This document shows positions 1-8,924 of a DNA stretch of 64,000 nucleotides, piece after piece (the first letter of the stretch is position 1; every line of letters starts with the position of its first letter). The notes under the pieces are model-generated. The model did not search any database and was not told the origin of the DNA. It saw only the letters and a program-made list of their open reading frames with translations. This DNA is from Giardia intestinalis (Eukaryota), in assembly GCA_000002435.2 (NCBI GenBank), contig CM018793.1. One strand, 5' to 3'. The translations under genes were made by a program, and so were the position numbers.

Positions 1-98
1 TTTTAATACAAACGTGCTATTCATAAATGTTACTAACCAAGGTAGCCAAGGCTCTACAGTTGGCTCTACAGTTTACAGATGCTATTTTTATATAACAA

Positions 99-1436
99 AT
101 GGCAGCAAGCGCGCGTCAAGGAATAATAACCATAACCTTTTGCAGTCTAGCCTACATGTTTTCTTATATTCACCGCATATGCATCACAAGTATTACTGAC
201 CTAATGCAAGGCGTGTATGCAGTTGAGCTGGACAAGATTGGAATCCTGGTATCAACCTTTTTCTACACCTACAGCGCCCTCCAGCCATTCGCTGGGCTTG
301 CAGTAGACATTCTGCAGGCACGGTGGGTTGTGTTTGTGTCGGGGTTCCTCATAGCTGCTGGATCCATACTAATGGGGTGTATCGTGAACTTCCCTGCTGC
401 CTGTGCGTTCCGTGGCTTGGCTGGAATAGGTAGCGCGTGTCTCTACGTAGCAACAGTCAAATACGCTATGCTTTGGCTTGCACCCAAGCAGTTTGTGATA
501 TGCACAGGCAGTCTTGCGGCGTCATCAGGGCTCGCGAGCCTTCTGGCTTCAGCACCGTTAAGGCACCTCGCCGATGCTATCGGAATAAGGTTGTTGTTTG
601 TTATCCTCGGTGTATGTCCGCTCATAGCTTCGATAATCGTGGGGATAGTGGGAAGCTATCCTCCTTCGTATTACGCAGGTGGGAAGCAAACAACAAAGGA
701 CGCAATTAAAGACTTCAAAAACGGATTCCGAGAATTAGGCCGTACGCGGGCCGCAGTATCCCTCATACCTCTCCTGATCTATTACTTCTTCTTTTCTGGG
801 GCAAACTATACCATCTCCGCATTCCTTGGCGTGGTGTTCATAACATCCTTAAATCAATCCCTGTCACATACATATGCTACATGGATGTTTCTGCTTCAAA
901 GCATTGGGCTGATCATTTCAGGGCTTGCTATACCCCACATGGCAAAATACATTGGAAGGAAACCTCCACATATTATAACACCGTTACTTGTCTCAGGATT
1001 GATGTTCTGTATAGCGTTTTTCAAGGAACAGGCAGCCGGATGGAAGTTCGGAATGGTGTACTTCTTCTACGGGATCCTGACTGGGGCCACTGTTCCCATC
1101 GGCTACACGCTGTGTAAGGAATTGGTGCCTCCAGATATCCTTGCAACAGCGATAGGCTTATTTAACTTCTTCCCCGCACTCGGTGGGGCTATTTTTCAAA
1201 ACACATTTCCGCTTCTATTGCGCACCAACTCACTGACAGAATACCAGACAATTGCTTTTATCCTCGCAGGGCAGTATCTCCTTTGTGCCTTCATAGGAGC
1301 GTTTCTGAAGGAGACGTCTGGGCTGACAATAGGACGCACATGCAAACGGCCACAGCGCAGAAGCGCAATCTCAGACAATAACGCAGGTGCTGATGGTAAA
1401 GAGATCCAGATGAATAGTACTCAGATAAGTGCATAA
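99..1436 (+). CDS. Major facilitator superfamily (MFS) transporter, 445 aa, multi-TM
   Basis: ATG at 99 preceded by AT-rich 'tatataacaa'. About 12 hydrophobic helices, glycine-rich loops (GLAGIGSAC) and overall MFS-like topology. Confidence 0.65.
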   Translation: MAASARQGIITITFCSLAYMFSYIHRICITSITDLMQGVYAVELDKIGILVSTFFYTYSALQPFAGLAVDILQARWVVFVSGFLIAAGSILMGCIVNFPAACAFRGLAGIGSACLYVATVKYAMLWLAPKQFVICTGSLAASSGLASLLASAPLRHLADAIGIRLLFVILGVCPLIASIIVGIVGSYPPSYYAGGKQTTKDAIKDFKNGFRELGRTRAAVSLIPLLIYYFFFSGANYTISAFLGVVFITSLNQSLSHTYATWMFLLQSIGLIISGLAIPHMAKYIGRKPPHIITPLLVSGLMFCIAFFKEQAAGWKFGMVYFFYGILTGATVPIGYTLCKELVPPDILATAIGLFNFFPALGGAIFQNTFPLLLRTNSLTEYQTIAFILAGQYLLCAFIGAFLKETSGLTIGRTCKRPQRRSAISDNNAGADGKEIQMNSTQISA

Positions 1437-1452
1437 GTGGTGGCCTCCTCAG

Positions 1453-2313
1453 TCAATAGAAATACGTCGGCTTTGCGGATATGGACAGAATGCTCATCTT
1501 GATGGCGGAGAGCAACCACTTACCATTGTAGTAGCGGTAACTGTAGTCTACCAGGTAGTCTCTAGACTTATTATACCCCCCATTGACTGTTTGTCCGGAC
1601 CTATTTGTCACGGCATACGCTCCCGTCAGTATAGCAGTGAAGTGTAGCTCCATCGAATGTAGGTCAAGCCCTGTGCACTTAACCCCTCGAATGTGATGAA
1701 GGCGGAAGTGTGTATCCACGTCCTTTCGGATACGTTCCTGGATGCCTTCGAGTAGCTGCTTTTGCAGTTTGCTGGTGCAATTGTCAAGCAAATATGCTAT
1801 CGTTTGCCGAGGATAGCTTTGTGGATTGTAGGTATTAAAGATATTGAGGTATCCACCAAGGATTGCCACTAAGGTGTCTATGCCATAGTTCTCAGTGAAG
1901 TGTGGGAGGTCGAAGCTGGGCAGCAAAGATCGAAGACGGCGAAAATCAAGGGCAAGAATAGCCTTAACTTGCTCGACATATGGCCTTAAAAGTGAATAGT
2001 TGGATGCTCGCGTTAGGACAGAAGAGATGAATCTACCATGCTGCTTCGTATGGTTGTAAAGGTCTTCATTATGCGGGTTGGTGGCCGTTTCTCCATCCAA
2101 GAGAGCGTTAGAGATTGTTTCGTTAATTTCCCTCAATCGCGTGCGTATGTCCTCCTCGCAGGTACTTTTGTCCTTTAGCGACGCGGGTGCCATGCGCAGG
2201 ACAGGTCGTTGGCCCAGCAGTTTTCGCCACTCCTTAGTTTCCATCAGCGAGTTCATAAATGCATCTGCGACTCCTTCAAACAGTACTAGCCGATAGGGCG
2301 TAAAACTTTTCAT
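1453..2313 (-). CDS. Hypothetical protein (~287 aa from first ATG). The track ORF extends to 2415 but begins with TTG.
   Basis: Long ORF with no internal stops. The track start codon is TTG (not ATG); the first ATG (MKSFTPY...) is near 2313 with A/T-rich upstream sequence. No recognisable domain. Confidence 0.4.
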   Translation of the reverse strand: MKSFTPYRLVLFEGVADAFMNSLMETKEWRKLLGQRPVLRMAPASLKDKSTCEEDIRTRLREINETISNALLDGETATNPHNEDLYNHTKQHGRFISSVLTRASNYSLLRPYVEQVKAILALDFRRLRSLLPSFDLPHFTENYGIDTLVAILGGYLNIFNTYNPQSYPRQTIAYLLDNCTSKLQKQLLEGIQERIRKDVDTHFRLHHIRGVKCTGLDLHSMELHFTAILTGAYAVTNRSGQTVNGGYNKSRDYLVDYSYRYYNGKWLLSAIKMSILSISAKPTYFY

Positions 2314-2382
2314 GAAGCAGTCGTCCCAGAAAAAGCAAAAGGCGTAGAAGCCCAATTTTAAAGCTAGAACGGAAATCGTCGT

Positions 2383-3651
2383 ATGGAGAATGTGCCTGGT
2401 ATTGATCTGTTTCAAACCGCCGCACGCAAAACCAGTAGTTTCATACCTGTGCCAGTTAGACGGTCAGATCCTATACTAGAGCGTTGTTATGTACCAACAG
2501 TGGATTCTGCCTATCTGAAGCTCACAGATAGCGTCACGAGTTTCAACAGCTCTACGTCCTCATCTATGGTGGGCTCGCACATAGTAGAGTCTCATTTATC
2601 TAATCGTCCTCCTCAATCTGAGAGTTCATTGGCTGCTCCCCTGTCACGGCTCCTTATTCCTGAGGTATCTACTAGCGTTCATCATGCACCACCATTGGCT
2701 ACTACCAATCCAGCTGATGATGCTTTACCTGCTTCGCAATCTGCATCTAAGGTGACTTTTGAAGGTCTTCACAGCGCGGAGACGGTATCGTCGGCAACTC
2801 TTGCCAAGCTTCTAACCGCTACTACCCCTTCACCGTCCCATAAGTTTCTAAATTACATCTACTCGACAACATCTGTAGATCCTAATCAAGAACGAGTCGT
2901 AGATGAACCTGCATTCACAGTAACTTCAGTTAGGCGATCAGATAGAGAGATCGTTAAAGCAGTGCGTCAGAAGAAGGACTCTCCAAATCCTCCGCAGGAC
3001 CCGTACATTCAGAGCGTTACCATGCTGACACAGCTAGTTACTCAAAATACGCACCTAGTAAAAACCGCTTTGGATGCCATATCCGTCGCGGCCATCAAGC
3101 CACATCAAATCACTACACCCAGCCATCTTGTATCTACCACTGTACCCTCGCCATTAGAAAGGCCGACACCGCAGACACCCCAGGCAGCGCAGCCACCTCA
3201 AGTGCCCCATGCACAACTAACAAGAATGACAGAGAAGACACACCCACAGCAGCCTTCTAGGGTGCATCAGAGTATCACCAAGCCACTTCAGAGAAGACCC
3301 ACCAGAATCCCTAAGCCGACAACACCGCCCTGTGCCACGCAACAGTACGCACCGTCGACGCCTATGTTTACTCTCAACAACCATTCTGACGTGAAAGTAC
3401 GCGCTCTCTCCCACGATGACCTTATTGGTGTTCCCATCAGGGCTCAGGAATACATGCCTAATGGGCCAACCTTTGACTTTCTCAACGCACTCATTAAGGA
3501 GGAGTGTCATGAGGCTGTGATTGGCACGCAAGGAGGTCGCTCTTCCGCGCCTGTTTTCGATCCATTTCTGAACGATCTGGTTAACGCAGCATCTCAGCTA
3601 GATGAACTCGTTAACAGTATGTGCTCAGATGTCTCATATCCTGGTAAGTAA
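2383..3651 (+). CDS. Hypothetical Ser/Thr/Pro-rich low-complexity protein, 422 aa
   Basis: ATG at 2383 preceded by 'cccaattttaaagc'. Long ORF, S/T/P/Q-rich and probably disordered. No recognisable domain. Confidence 0.4.
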   Translation: MENVPGIDLFQTAARKTSSFIPVPVRRSDPILERCYVPTVDSAYLKLTDSVTSFNSSTSSSMVGSHIVESHLSNRPPQSESSLAAPLSRLLIPEVSTSVHHAPPLATTNPADDALPASQSASKVTFEGLHSAETVSSATLAKLLTATTPSPSHKFLNYIYSTTSVDPNQERVVDEPAFTVTSVRRSDREIVKAVRQKKDSPNPPQDPYIQSVTMLTQLVTQNTHLVKTALDAISVAAIKPHQITTPSHLVSTTVPSPLERPTPQTPQAAQPPQVPHAQLTRMTEKTHPQQPSRVHQSITKPLQRRPTRIPKPTTPPCATQQYAPSTPMFTLNNHSDVKVRALSHDDLIGVPIRAQEYMPNGPTFDFLNALIKEECHEAVIGTQGGRSSAPVFDPFLNDLVNAASQLDELVNSMCSDVSYPGK

Positions 3652-3697
3652 GGACTACCAACGTAGCACCAGTTTAACGAGCAGACAAGATCTACAC

Positions 3698-6600
3698 TTA
3701 CACAGGCATGTCACGAAAATCTACCGTTGCATCATTGTCACTCTTTAGAAGTTCAATTGGAGTATTTCTATAAAAGGTATCTGCTGCCATTACACTGAAA
3801 ACCATATTAGGTGTGATATCGAAGACTTTTAAGAACGTAGCAAAGCTTCTATTAGTTTGCAGAGACTCAGCCGCCTTCAGATAGACGTTTTTATTCCAGC
3901 GAGTAATGTTGCCGACATCAAATACAAAGTCGTCTCTAGAGATATTGTTCTCGCACATCAGGTGTCGGATGTAAAAAGTCTGAGTCTCGTTTATCCCCAG
4001 ATGAAGGTCCACAATTCTACGAACTGTGCTGTGAGTGTAGATATCGCGTACAGCACTGGTAGCATTTGATGATTTGCCCACCAAACCTCTTTCTTCCTTA
4101 CTTTCGCTGTCTCGGAGTGACTGAATGTCTCTGGTACTGTTGCAAAGCAAAGCTTCCAGTCTACCTCTTAGGCCCAGGGCAGCCATAGGCTTCATATACT
4201 GCTGTGTTGACGTTTTGGAGTCGTGCTGCATAACGGTGTATAGCGCCTCTATGATTACATTTTGTATAACCGTTATCCTCACATGAACAATTGACGAATT
4301 GGATAGAGCAGGATATCGCGAGACTGACTTCAGAAGCTCTGCAAGCTGTGGAGTAAGCATGTCTACTGTGCCGCGATAGATAACTAGGAGCTTTTTCTTA
4401 TTCTGCCGGCAGTTTTCCATCTGCCAAATAGCCGGGCCTCCTATCCCTTGGGCTGCCGTAGATGGAAGATCACTATAACTGAGGAACAGAGGCTCTTCTC
4501 TGGAACATATAGGTCGGTAAACCTGCGCATACTCGTCTCCTATGTAGATATTTTCCAGCCACCTGACCATCAAGCGCTCGATTCCCCCAATACAACGGAA
4601 AAGCTTGGCCAAGCAGTCCAGTGCGATATAGACTAAAAGGTAATATCGGTCAGGGCCCCCATGTGTCTGATTAGATGTTTGTTGGCTAGAAGACACAAGC
4701 ACCTTGTGCAATTTGCTGACAAATACGTTTAGGCAAACGAAGCAGCGTTTAATGTTTTCTTCAACGCCCGTAGATTCTTTAATCAGCTCTATCGCACACT
4801 GCGAGAGGTACAGCACATAGTAGTTAATCAGGACCTTAGCTATTAGCGGTATCTTTTGATATTCTTCTGAGGAAGCATCAGCTATGGATGTTTCTAAACA
4901 GCCGGTAATGATGAATAATAGTTCATTTATGAGGGTGCTGCTCAAGTACTTAGTCCCCTTGCTTGTCAAGTAGACTACTAAGAGCCCACATATACAAGAG
5001 CATTCTATAGCAGAGCAGGTGGAAGACTGAGAGGCATCCTTTTTGATAAGTGCAGCAACCATGTTATTCGCTAGAACATGAGAGCATCTTTTGCTGTGAA
5101 AGTACATCAAGAAAGTTGTTTCAAAGATAGATAGCTTTACGCACTTAAGGGCAATGGACATGCACGCCTCGCTGGTATCTATCTGATCAGTAAAAGATTC
5201 TGAATAGGATATAATGGCTACATGCAGATATGATTTGAGGCAAGTGATGCATGAATTGGCAATCTCAGTTGACTGCTTAGGGGATGTGGTGTCGCCCTTC
5301 TCTGCCTCATTGCAAAGCCATCCTCGACCTGCTATCAGGCTCAGGTAGCACTCAACACCCTTATCAATGAGGCCCCATATTTCTTTCTCCATGACCTCTC
5401 TTGACTTAAGGTTTGGATCTGTCACCATGATATAGGGGTGTAGATTCACGTCCTGTATCATGAACTTTATGAAGCGGGGCATGTTGGCATGGAGTAGGGC
5501 TCTTTTAGCGTCATCCATGCTGCCATACTCTTCGCTCTGGCTTGCTCCAGTAAACGCTATTTTGAGAATCTGGAGGACTATCTCTTGCCTCGCCAAGGTT
5601 TCGTGCATAATTGGCGTTGATTGGGATAAGTCCCTGAGCATCTCAAATACATTGTCCATTGTGAAGATTTGCAGGACATTCCCTTCAGATATGCTCTTCT
5701 TCATCTCCTGAATGGGATGCTTTGAAGACAGAATAGAGAAGTACGTAAGATATGGACACACCATCTGTATGTCTTGCAGAGCAGTTAGCAGGATAGTCAT
5801 CGTGTAACCGTCATCTATAGAGCAAAGACCCTCGGGGTTGGTCTGTCCTGCTGGGTAGGAGTAGTGCTGATGTATCTGGTCAAGACACTTTGCAGGCATC
5901 AAGATTCCGCTTTCTAGAAGCATTGTGGTTGTTTCTCCAGACGGACACAGAGTGGAGGCAGAGTCAGAGATGGAATGCAGCGACCGTGCAGACGCAGAGA
6001 TGCCTGTGGTACTGGATTTCTCAAGCTCGTCGACCTCGATACTACTTGGTAGTGCCAGCTCGTTGGCCCCATCCTTTATGGAGCTCTCAATATCAGACGG
6101 CGGTATCAAATGCCCGACAATACCAGAAGAACCCGAAAGCTTTGATAACCGTGCTTCTACAAAATCAAGCATCGTTTTCAGCTGGCACACTCTATCCGAT
6201 GATCGGAGCTTTTCAACCGTAGCATTAAAGGACGGATCCGGCTCGACGAGTAGTTTGGTGCAGAGTTTAGAGTATATGGAAGCCAGAGACTGCAGGTCAC
6301 AGTAAATATTATCAGATTGAGAATCTGTTCTCAATCCATAAAAGGTTAATTTTAGCTGACCATTAGGATACCGGTAAATGGACGAAGGAGTGAGGAGCCC
6401 ATGACTATACGGAATATCGGGATCTTTCTTACGAAGTGTCGTTAGCACTTTGTACAGCTCCTTGAGGGCTTCAAGGATCTGCTTACAAAGCTTGTAGATA
6501 TATGCCATCTTATCAATGGGATCAAGGTCCATTAGTCCACGGACTCCCTGAGATTGCTTAGTGTCATTATCTGAAAAGAGGGTCTCTAATGTAGATACTC

Positions 6601-6832
6601 CCTTAGTTGCTTTGATATTTGGGTAAAGCCGTACTGAAGTAATGTTATCTGATGTTTTGTACTTTTTAGCTCTATAATATAATAGGAAGCGTGAATCTTT
6701 TATAAGCCTTGAAGAACTCCAAGAAGAGAGAGACTCAATGTCCGAAGCATCTCCGGGCATAGACACGCTTTTAAACTTACTGCCGCGAATGCAAGCATTT
6801 GTGGGAATGAGAACGTGATAGGTTGTGGACAT
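3698..6832 (-). CDS. Large hypothetical protein (~1044 aa from first ATG; track ORF to 6841 starts with GTG)
   Basis: 3.1-kb uninterrupted ORF with ordinary Giardia-like codon usage. Antisense ORFs are short. No confident domain assignment. Confidence 0.55.
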   Translation of the reverse strand: MSTTYHVLIPTNACIRGSKFKSVSMPGDASDIESLSSWSSSRLIKDSRFLLYYRAKKYKTSDNITSVRLYPNIKATKGVSTLETLFSDNDTKQSQGVRGLMDLDPIDKMAYIYKLCKQILEALKELYKVLTTLRKKDPDIPYSHGLLTPSSIYRYPNGQLKLTFYGLRTDSQSDNIYCDLQSLASIYSKLCTKLLVEPDPSFNATVEKLRSSDRVCQLKTMLDFVEARLSKLSGSSGIVGHLIPPSDIESSIKDGANELALPSSIEVDELEKSSTTGISASARSLHSISDSASTLCPSGETTTMLLESGILMPAKCLDQIHQHYSYPAGQTNPEGLCSIDDGYTMTILLTALQDIQMVCPYLTYFSILSSKHPIQEMKKSISEGNVLQIFTMDNVFEMLRDLSQSTPIMHETLARQEIVLQILKIAFTGASQSEEYGSMDDAKRALLHANMPRFIKFMIQDVNLHPYIMVTDPNLKSREVMEKEIWGLIDKGVECYLSLIAGRGWLCNEAEKGDTTSPKQSTEIANSCITCLKSYLHVAIISYSESFTDQIDTSEACMSIALKCVKLSIFETTFLMYFHSKRCSHVLANNMVAALIKKDASQSSTCSAIECSCICGLLVVYLTSKGTKYLSSTLINELLFIITGCLETSIADASSEEYQKIPLIAKVLINYYVLYLSQCAIELIKESTGVEENIKRCFVCLNVFVSKLHKVLVSSSQQTSNQTHGGPDRYYLLVYIALDCLAKLFRCIGGIERLMVRWLENIYIGDEYAQVYRPICSREEPLFLSYSDLPSTAAQGIGGPAIWQMENCRQNKKKLLVIYRGTVDMLTPQLAELLKSVSRYPALSNSSIVHVRITVIQNVIIEALYTVMQHDSKTSTQQYMKPMAALGLRGRLEALLCNSTRDIQSLRDSESKEERGLVGKSSNATSAVRDIYTHSTVRRIVDLHLGINETQTFYIRHLMCENNISRDDFVFDVGNITRWNKNVYLKAAESLQTNRSFATFLKVFDITPNMVFSVMAADTFYRNTPIELLKSDNDATVDFRDMPV

Positions 6833-7357
6833 AGGCCACACAAAGTATTTTTAAAATTGGGATAAGTAATTATGCTATGCTACCTATCAGTGTGTGGAGC
6901 ACAATGAAGTCGGAAATGCACGAGCCAGCATATGGAAGGATGCCATGCACAACTGCCTGATTGTTCTTTATTGAAGTGATTGACATTGATAGAAGGTCTA
7001 ATGATAATGATTTACAAGGAAAAACTTTGATGAAGTACTGATGCCTGGAGACTCGAGCAAAGGCATAATATATGCCGCTGTTCAGTACCATCCCTTGTAC
7101 CCCCCAAAGCTAGATGTCGAAAGACTGCCGATCTATATCAACCCCAGACGCCTAAGCACTCTGACGAATTACCTCGAAGCCACTGACAAGGACTTGACTG
7201 CAGCGCTCAAGCGACGATTGATCCCTGTCGCTGGCAACGCTCAGCCAGCACACGGTAGCCGGCATGTAGACCCTGCTACCTCATGCTCGGCGGTACAGAC
7301 ACTCAAAAAAACGCTGTTGTGAATTTTTTGAACAGGATATTAAAAAGTAACGGGGAG

Positions 7358-8878
7358 ATGTCCAAGGCCCAAAAGGTGAAGAGTAACAAGGTTCATTTCT
7401 TCAGCTTCGACTGGAATATACCCTCGTTCCTTACTCTGCCCAAGATTACGCGCCAGATAGACGATGATGTGCGCAAGGAAGTCATCATCGTGCCTGCAGA
7501 CACTGTCATTGCCGGATCGGTCGTAGTCAGCAACTCCGGAGGAAAGAGCCTTGCTTATGACTCTGTTGTCGTCGAACTACAGGGAGTTGTTGAGACTAAC
7601 GACGAGCAGGCCATTCGCCTTCCATTTTTCTCCGTTGCAAGGATAGCCAAGGGTGCAGGGACCCTCACATATCCCGAAACGTTCGGGTTCGATTTCTCCG
7701 GGAACACGCTCCCCTGTGAGACTATTAACGCGATGGATGCTGCGTTCTGCATAAAGTACTTTCTAGTCTGCACTCTGAAGACCAAGACTGGCAATTACTC
7801 TGGAGATACAGAGTTTGCTTGTCTGAAGTACCTTCCTAAACCGCTAGAGACCATCCCCATCAGGACGGAAATAGGAGTGGAGGACACTCTGCAACTGGAG
7901 CTGGAACTCAACAACACGTTCCTTGACATTTCAAGGGACATGCTGGTTGGGCGCGTTCACTTTGTGCATGCGGCCAAGAAGCTGGAAGAAATGGCCATTA
8001 TCATTAGAAGGAGGGAGCTCTTCCGTAAGAGCAAGAGCTCTACGGAGTGGTTCGCCTCTGCCTGGCACGACATACACTACTACGATATCATGGAAGGTGC
8101 CCCAACTCGCGAGGAAGTCATACCGTTCAGAATATACATGTCAAACTTGCAACTATCTCCATCCTTTAGTACAGATATTGCAAAACTAGAGTATGCGGTC
8201 GTCCTTTCGCTGATCGATTCGGAGAGTAGGAGCTACTTCCGGTCACACGAGCTCACGCTCTATAGAGGCTTCCCAGACGGGAAGGAAGCCGGAGAGCAGA
8301 ATATCAACCCGCCAGTGGATCAAGCTATGTCAACAGCAGGAGGTGCCCGCTACGAGACCCAGGTTTCTTTCCCTGGAGCTGCTGCCCCGTCCACAGCCAT
8401 GCCCTACGGCGATCCTACAGCTGGCTTGTCATCCATGATGCCTCAGGCGGGTGTGCCTCAGCAGCAACCTCAGTATGGAAGTGCATATGGTGGAGGATAC
8501 GGCGCTGGGATGGCGTACGGCGCTCCCCAGCCACACCATTCCGGGCCTGTCTCTGGGGCTGCCATGCCTGTTGGGCCAGGGCCGCAACAGTACCAACAGT
8601 TTGGAAACCAGCAGGGGTCTCAGATGCCTCCTCCTATTCAGCCCCAAGGGCAGCTAGGCGCTGCTACCATCCCTTCAGTCACTTCCGTTGAAGCTACGCC
8701 CCAGATAGGATCAACACCAAGTGGCCCTTATGGCGCACCTCCCCCACAATCTTCGATGTACGGTGATGCTTATAAGTCAGAGGGCTCTGGGATGGCAAAC
8801 CCTTATGGCACTCCTAGTTTTAGTCAGAATCCCTATGGCAATCCCTATGGTGCCTCGACTGGTCTGTACGGTTCGTAG
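7358..8878 (+). CDS. VPS26: Vps26 (retromer, arrestin-fold) with a long G/Y/P/Q-rich C-terminal extension
   Basis: Strong collinear similarity to eukaryotic Vps26 (e.g. EIGVEDTLQLELELNN...VGRVHF...IMEGAPTREEVIPFRIYM...YFRSHELTLYR against human EVGIEDCLHIEFEYNK...VGKIYF...IMDGAPVKGESIPIRLFL...YFKQQEIILWR). The ATG at 7358 sits directly behind AT-rich 'atattaaaaagtaac'. The track's upstream ATG at 7283 lacks an AT-rich initiator. The C-terminal ~200 aa is low complexity (NPYG/YG repeats). Confidence 0.85.
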   Translation: MSKAQKVKSNKVHFFSFDWNIPSFLTLPKITRQIDDDVRKEVIIVPADTVIAGSVVVSNSGGKSLAYDSVVVELQGVVETNDEQAIRLPFFSVARIAKGAGTLTYPETFGFDFSGNTLPCETINAMDAAFCIKYFLVCTLKTKTGNYSGDTEFACLKYLPKPLETIPIRTEIGVEDTLQLELELNNTFLDISRDMLVGRVHFVHAAKKLEEMAIIIRRRELFRKSKSSTEWFASAWHDIHYYDIMEGAPTREEVIPFRIYMSNLQLSPSFSTDIAKLEYAVVLSLIDSESRSYFRSHELTLYRGFPDGKEAGEQNINPPVDQAMSTAGGARYETQVSFPGAAAPSTAMPYGDPTAGLSSMMPQAGVPQQQPQYGSAYGGGYGAGMAYGAPQPHHSGPVSGAAMPVGPGPQQYQQFGNQQGSQMPPPIQPQGQLGAATIPSVTSVEATPQIGSTPSGPYGAPPPQSSMYGDAYKSEGSGMANPYGTPSFSQNPYGNPYGASTGLYGS

Positions 8879-8924
8879 GAATAATAAGTGGACGAATAAA
8901 CTTTCGCAATTCAAATTTTATTAG

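Noticed and set aside
5925-6305. Internal and antisense ORFs inside large genes (e.g. 5890..6305 +, 26675..27164 -, 27392..28057 -, 40983..41375 -, 45954..46268 -, 46776..47378 -)
   Set aside because: They are shorter than the host ORFs and have no start context. The host genes have homology or long uninterrupted frames. Overlapping genes are not expected here.
7041-7322. 93-aa ORF in the 516-bp gap upstream of Vps26, and a TGATGA C-box-like motif at about 7029
   Set aside because: The ORF has no start context and no recognisable sequence. A box C/D snoRNA could not be supported by a matching D box or terminal stem by eye. Left as an unannotated gap.
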